DNA from: Marsupella aquatica
Lineage: Eukaryota > Plantae > Marchantiophyta
Direction: 5' to 3'
DNA: 64,000 nt
Assembly: GCA_973895155.1 (NCBI GenBank)
Contig: OZ316898.1
Span: forward strand, 3,968,480 to 4,032,479
Shown: in pieces, positions 60,806-64,000 of the stretch
Layout of the letters: each line of letters begins with the position of its first letter
Numbering within the stretch: position 1 is the stretch's first letter
Notes under the pieces: model-generated
Database searches by the model: none
Told to the model about the DNA's origin: nothing
The model's input: the letters and a program-made list of their open reading frames with translations, nothing else
Program-made: the position numbers and the translations under genes

Positions 60806-63800
60806 ACGCTCAATCAGATCTGGAAGACCTGACTGGTACCACCATAAAATGCAAGAGAATCCACGGGGTGCAAAGAATGTTTTTGGTTTACTTTTTTAAG
60901 TCAAGACCAGATTTCTAAAACGAAACGCTCAGAAAAAGATAGCCGACCGGTAAGTCTCTGATTCCAAGGCTAATACTCCACCTCCGTCCAAAAATGCCAT
61001 TTCTTGTATCCCTTGCTCTCCTGCGATCTTTCAATCAGAGACCTTGCAAAAGTGATATGACTCCGTTTTAATTGAGAGAAACGGCTATCTGTCAAGAATG
61101 GAATGGTCTTAGAAAAACGAAATCATTGTGAATGTCATATCCCAGGTAGCTCAAAGAATTCATATGCTCTATGTTACTCTAATACACTTTGCCAGTCCAA
61201 GGAGTTCAGAAAAGGCTAAGACCTTTCAAGTTGCGCAACATAAGGCCAGGTAAATATGTTGGACACTGAATGTAAAGTTAAGGTCAGTGCAAAATGTCAG
61301 CAAGATCGCCTCAGCCATGCATCCACTCAATTAGGACAGCGCTGAGCCCTCTTCAAAAGGTTGTCTAAGACGCATTTCACCTGTTTGTAAGAGAATATTT
61401 TTCCCAAGGCATTTGGATGCTTTTCGCAACTCAAGTTACCCTCAGCATTAGCTTTCCATGTACAAACAATTGTATTGAAAGCCGAACACATCTAATATAT
61501 CTACAGTCATTGCTGAATTAATCCAACAATGCCAGTGCCGCAACCCCTCGTTATGCTTCAGCTGCTGCTTCTCCCTTACCGTTACAGAACATGATGAAGT
61601 CATTTAGAGAGGAATTGCACACCTTTTGCTGAATCGTATCCAGACATTAGGCTCTGCTGCTCCAGAAGCTTGCCCACCACATTCTCTCCTTCCACTCTAG
61701 AATTTTGTGCTATGGTGTAGACAGGCACCTGTTGAACTCATTTGACAAGTGTTTATATCACAATAGCTCGATCAGTGGAATTAAGAAGCAAATGCCGTCG
61801 CACATGCACAACACAATGGAGCGAATTGTGAATAATTGAATACAAACGGTTTGATCGTAGTCGTGGCAAAAATTACGTTAAGCAGCTGTTCTCTATACCT
61901 TCAGGCTGATGGTAAACTTCACAGGATCGGCCGAGTGCTCAACACCTTGTGGCATTAGAGCCTCCGCCTCGACTCCAAACCAAATATCCTTCTCTGCACA
62001 GTTTCGCACCAACCTGCTTGAATTCTGCAATTTCAAATCCCAGTCAGACCAGTAAAAGAGTGCATCTGTGTGCTAAATGCGTTCAAGGGCAAACGCTCGA
62101 GGTCAATCGCTACGACTTCTAACATACGTCAAATTAACGAAGATTTACAACTCACCCCCAACGCTGTACTTTGCGAGTGTGCAATCGTGAACACTACTTT
62201 CTCACATGCTAGTTTGACAATTGAATACGTCCTGTGACTCGGGAGTCTGCTCAGTGAATAACGATCTACGGATAGTGCACGGAACCTTCCGAACTGGCGG
62301 ACGAAATACTCGCATTTATCCGGGGGTGTAATAATTCGACAGTCAAGTATTTGCACAAAAGGGTGCAACGAGAACATAGAAACTGAAGTATAAATCCATC
62401 TTTTATGGAAAAGGTAGATTGAACTAATTAAGAACATATTCATCTACACAAACGTGTGCTGCTCGTTGTCACCAATGACGAAGTCGGGGGTTCTTTCTTA
62501 GGACTTTGAACACTATCTCACAATGTTTCAATTCATTTCTCTCTGCCCCGGACCACTCTTCGGAACCCTGAACTTATTCGATAGTGACCTCCAGTCCCCC
62601 ACTGAGGTTAGGGTTGTAATTCAGGGTTGAAGGTGGACGCCATACTCACTTGTTGAAGTGCACTTCTCCTGCAAGATGAAAAGGCCAAGAAAGAGTCGGC
62701 AAACAAAGTTGGAGAATGAGATATTCTAGCTATACAGAATTTTTTCGAGCAAAGTTCACAAACACGTCCTAGTTGGAGAATCGCATACTAAAAAATATAC
62801 AAACTGCTTTCAGGGGCATTGCTGAACTAGCAAACGTTCACAAACACGTCCTACTGTTCGATCGAATTGTCGAACATTAGCAGTCTACAACTCTGGCAGC
62901 AATTTTAGGAGCAATGTAGGTCGATCCATTGAGACCCGCAGACAAACTTAACGGTCCTCTAAGAAAGTGATTTCTCCGTGAACTTTTTTAGCTAAATCAT
63001 TGCACTGCAGATCATCATCAGAAATTGATTTCTCCACGGGGAAAACATTGTTAGTAAACCACCCACAGTAATTCTGGAATTCACAGCTGTTGCTCCGATT
63101 TACGTTCTTTATTAAACGCAGAGAGTGAAACTTTCAGAATCTCGTGGCAAAGGCGAATCTCTTCTTCTAGAATTGTCCTTTGAGTGCGGATAGCAGGGTG
63201 TGAAACGAGAGATAGAAATACTGAAGAAGCTAAATATGTTTCAAAGTCCCAACTCTATAAATTAAATCAAAATCAGCTCCCACGTCTGCGCCGGAACAAC
63301 AATGCCATATAAAGTATGCATATACTCTTGCGCTACGAAAAAAGGTGTCACCTTAGCTCTTACTCCTCTATGCACAATCCAAATCTCATGAAGTGAAAAA
63401 CCATCCAGCATCTCCCATCTACAATTATGACCCAAAATACAAATCCCAGACGAAACGCCCCACCCGTGTGGAAGATGGATCCACTACCAAAATCAGGCAT
63501 AAACCTCAGGAAAAGATAAACCCCGGGAGCTGATCACCTCTCCCACTCACTTAGACGCTAAATAATCCTCAACCCTAAAGCTTTAACAATGGGGAGAAAA
63601 TTAGACTAACAGACAAGACGAGCGATCGAAGAAACTCACATTGCAGCAGGCACAAAAGCTGTCGCCGGCTTCTGCATTGTCTTTGACTGCTTGTGAATTG
63701 AGCAGGACGGACTACTGCCAAACCAAGAGCAAAGGTATCTCAGCTGTCGGGCTGAATGACAGAAGAAGTGACCATCCCAAATCTGTGAAGCTCTCTCTCG

Positions 63801-64000
63801 TCTTATTGTAACCCTACTCAATTGGAAGGCCACTCCGCAGACCTTTCCAATGAACCTAATAATTTCATTGAGAACTAAGAGACCCACAAATTGTCAAAGA
63901 TGACGCTGTAAGTTTTCTTGCCACATTTCAGTCCTGTATATTGTACTATATGAGTAGAAGAAGGGTTCTGATGTAAAATCTTGGGTTACCAAAGTATATA

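Overview
Eukaryotic plant nuclear DNA, most likely a moss/bryophyte (inferred from the style of the PLS-DYW PPR gene and the TE content). About 1-52 kb is a nested transposon island; about 53-64 kb is ordinary gene space with a 3-exon TRS23/TRAPPC4 gene and a PLS-class DYW PPR gene. The island holds four main components. (i) A complete 10.9-kb CACTA element (9827-20726, TSD ACA) whose first transposase exon can splice in frame either to the transposase or to an intact SET-domain exon nested in the first intron. (ii) A large decayed Sola2-type DNA transposon (~24-50 kb, ends unresolved) that apparently carries an RPA70-C-like OB/Zn gene and a PMD-like/coiled-coil/RING gene. (iii) Two related ~4.6-kb TG...CA units with 5-bp TSDs (25677-30287, 32280-36908), plus a probable third (3779-8922); they look like giant solo LTRs filled by one ~1,180-aa ORF. 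(iv) A young full-length Ty1/copia element (43133-48957, TSD CCTTT). Smaller Helitron and copia remnants are also present. All domain assignments are from motif recognition by eye; no searches were run.
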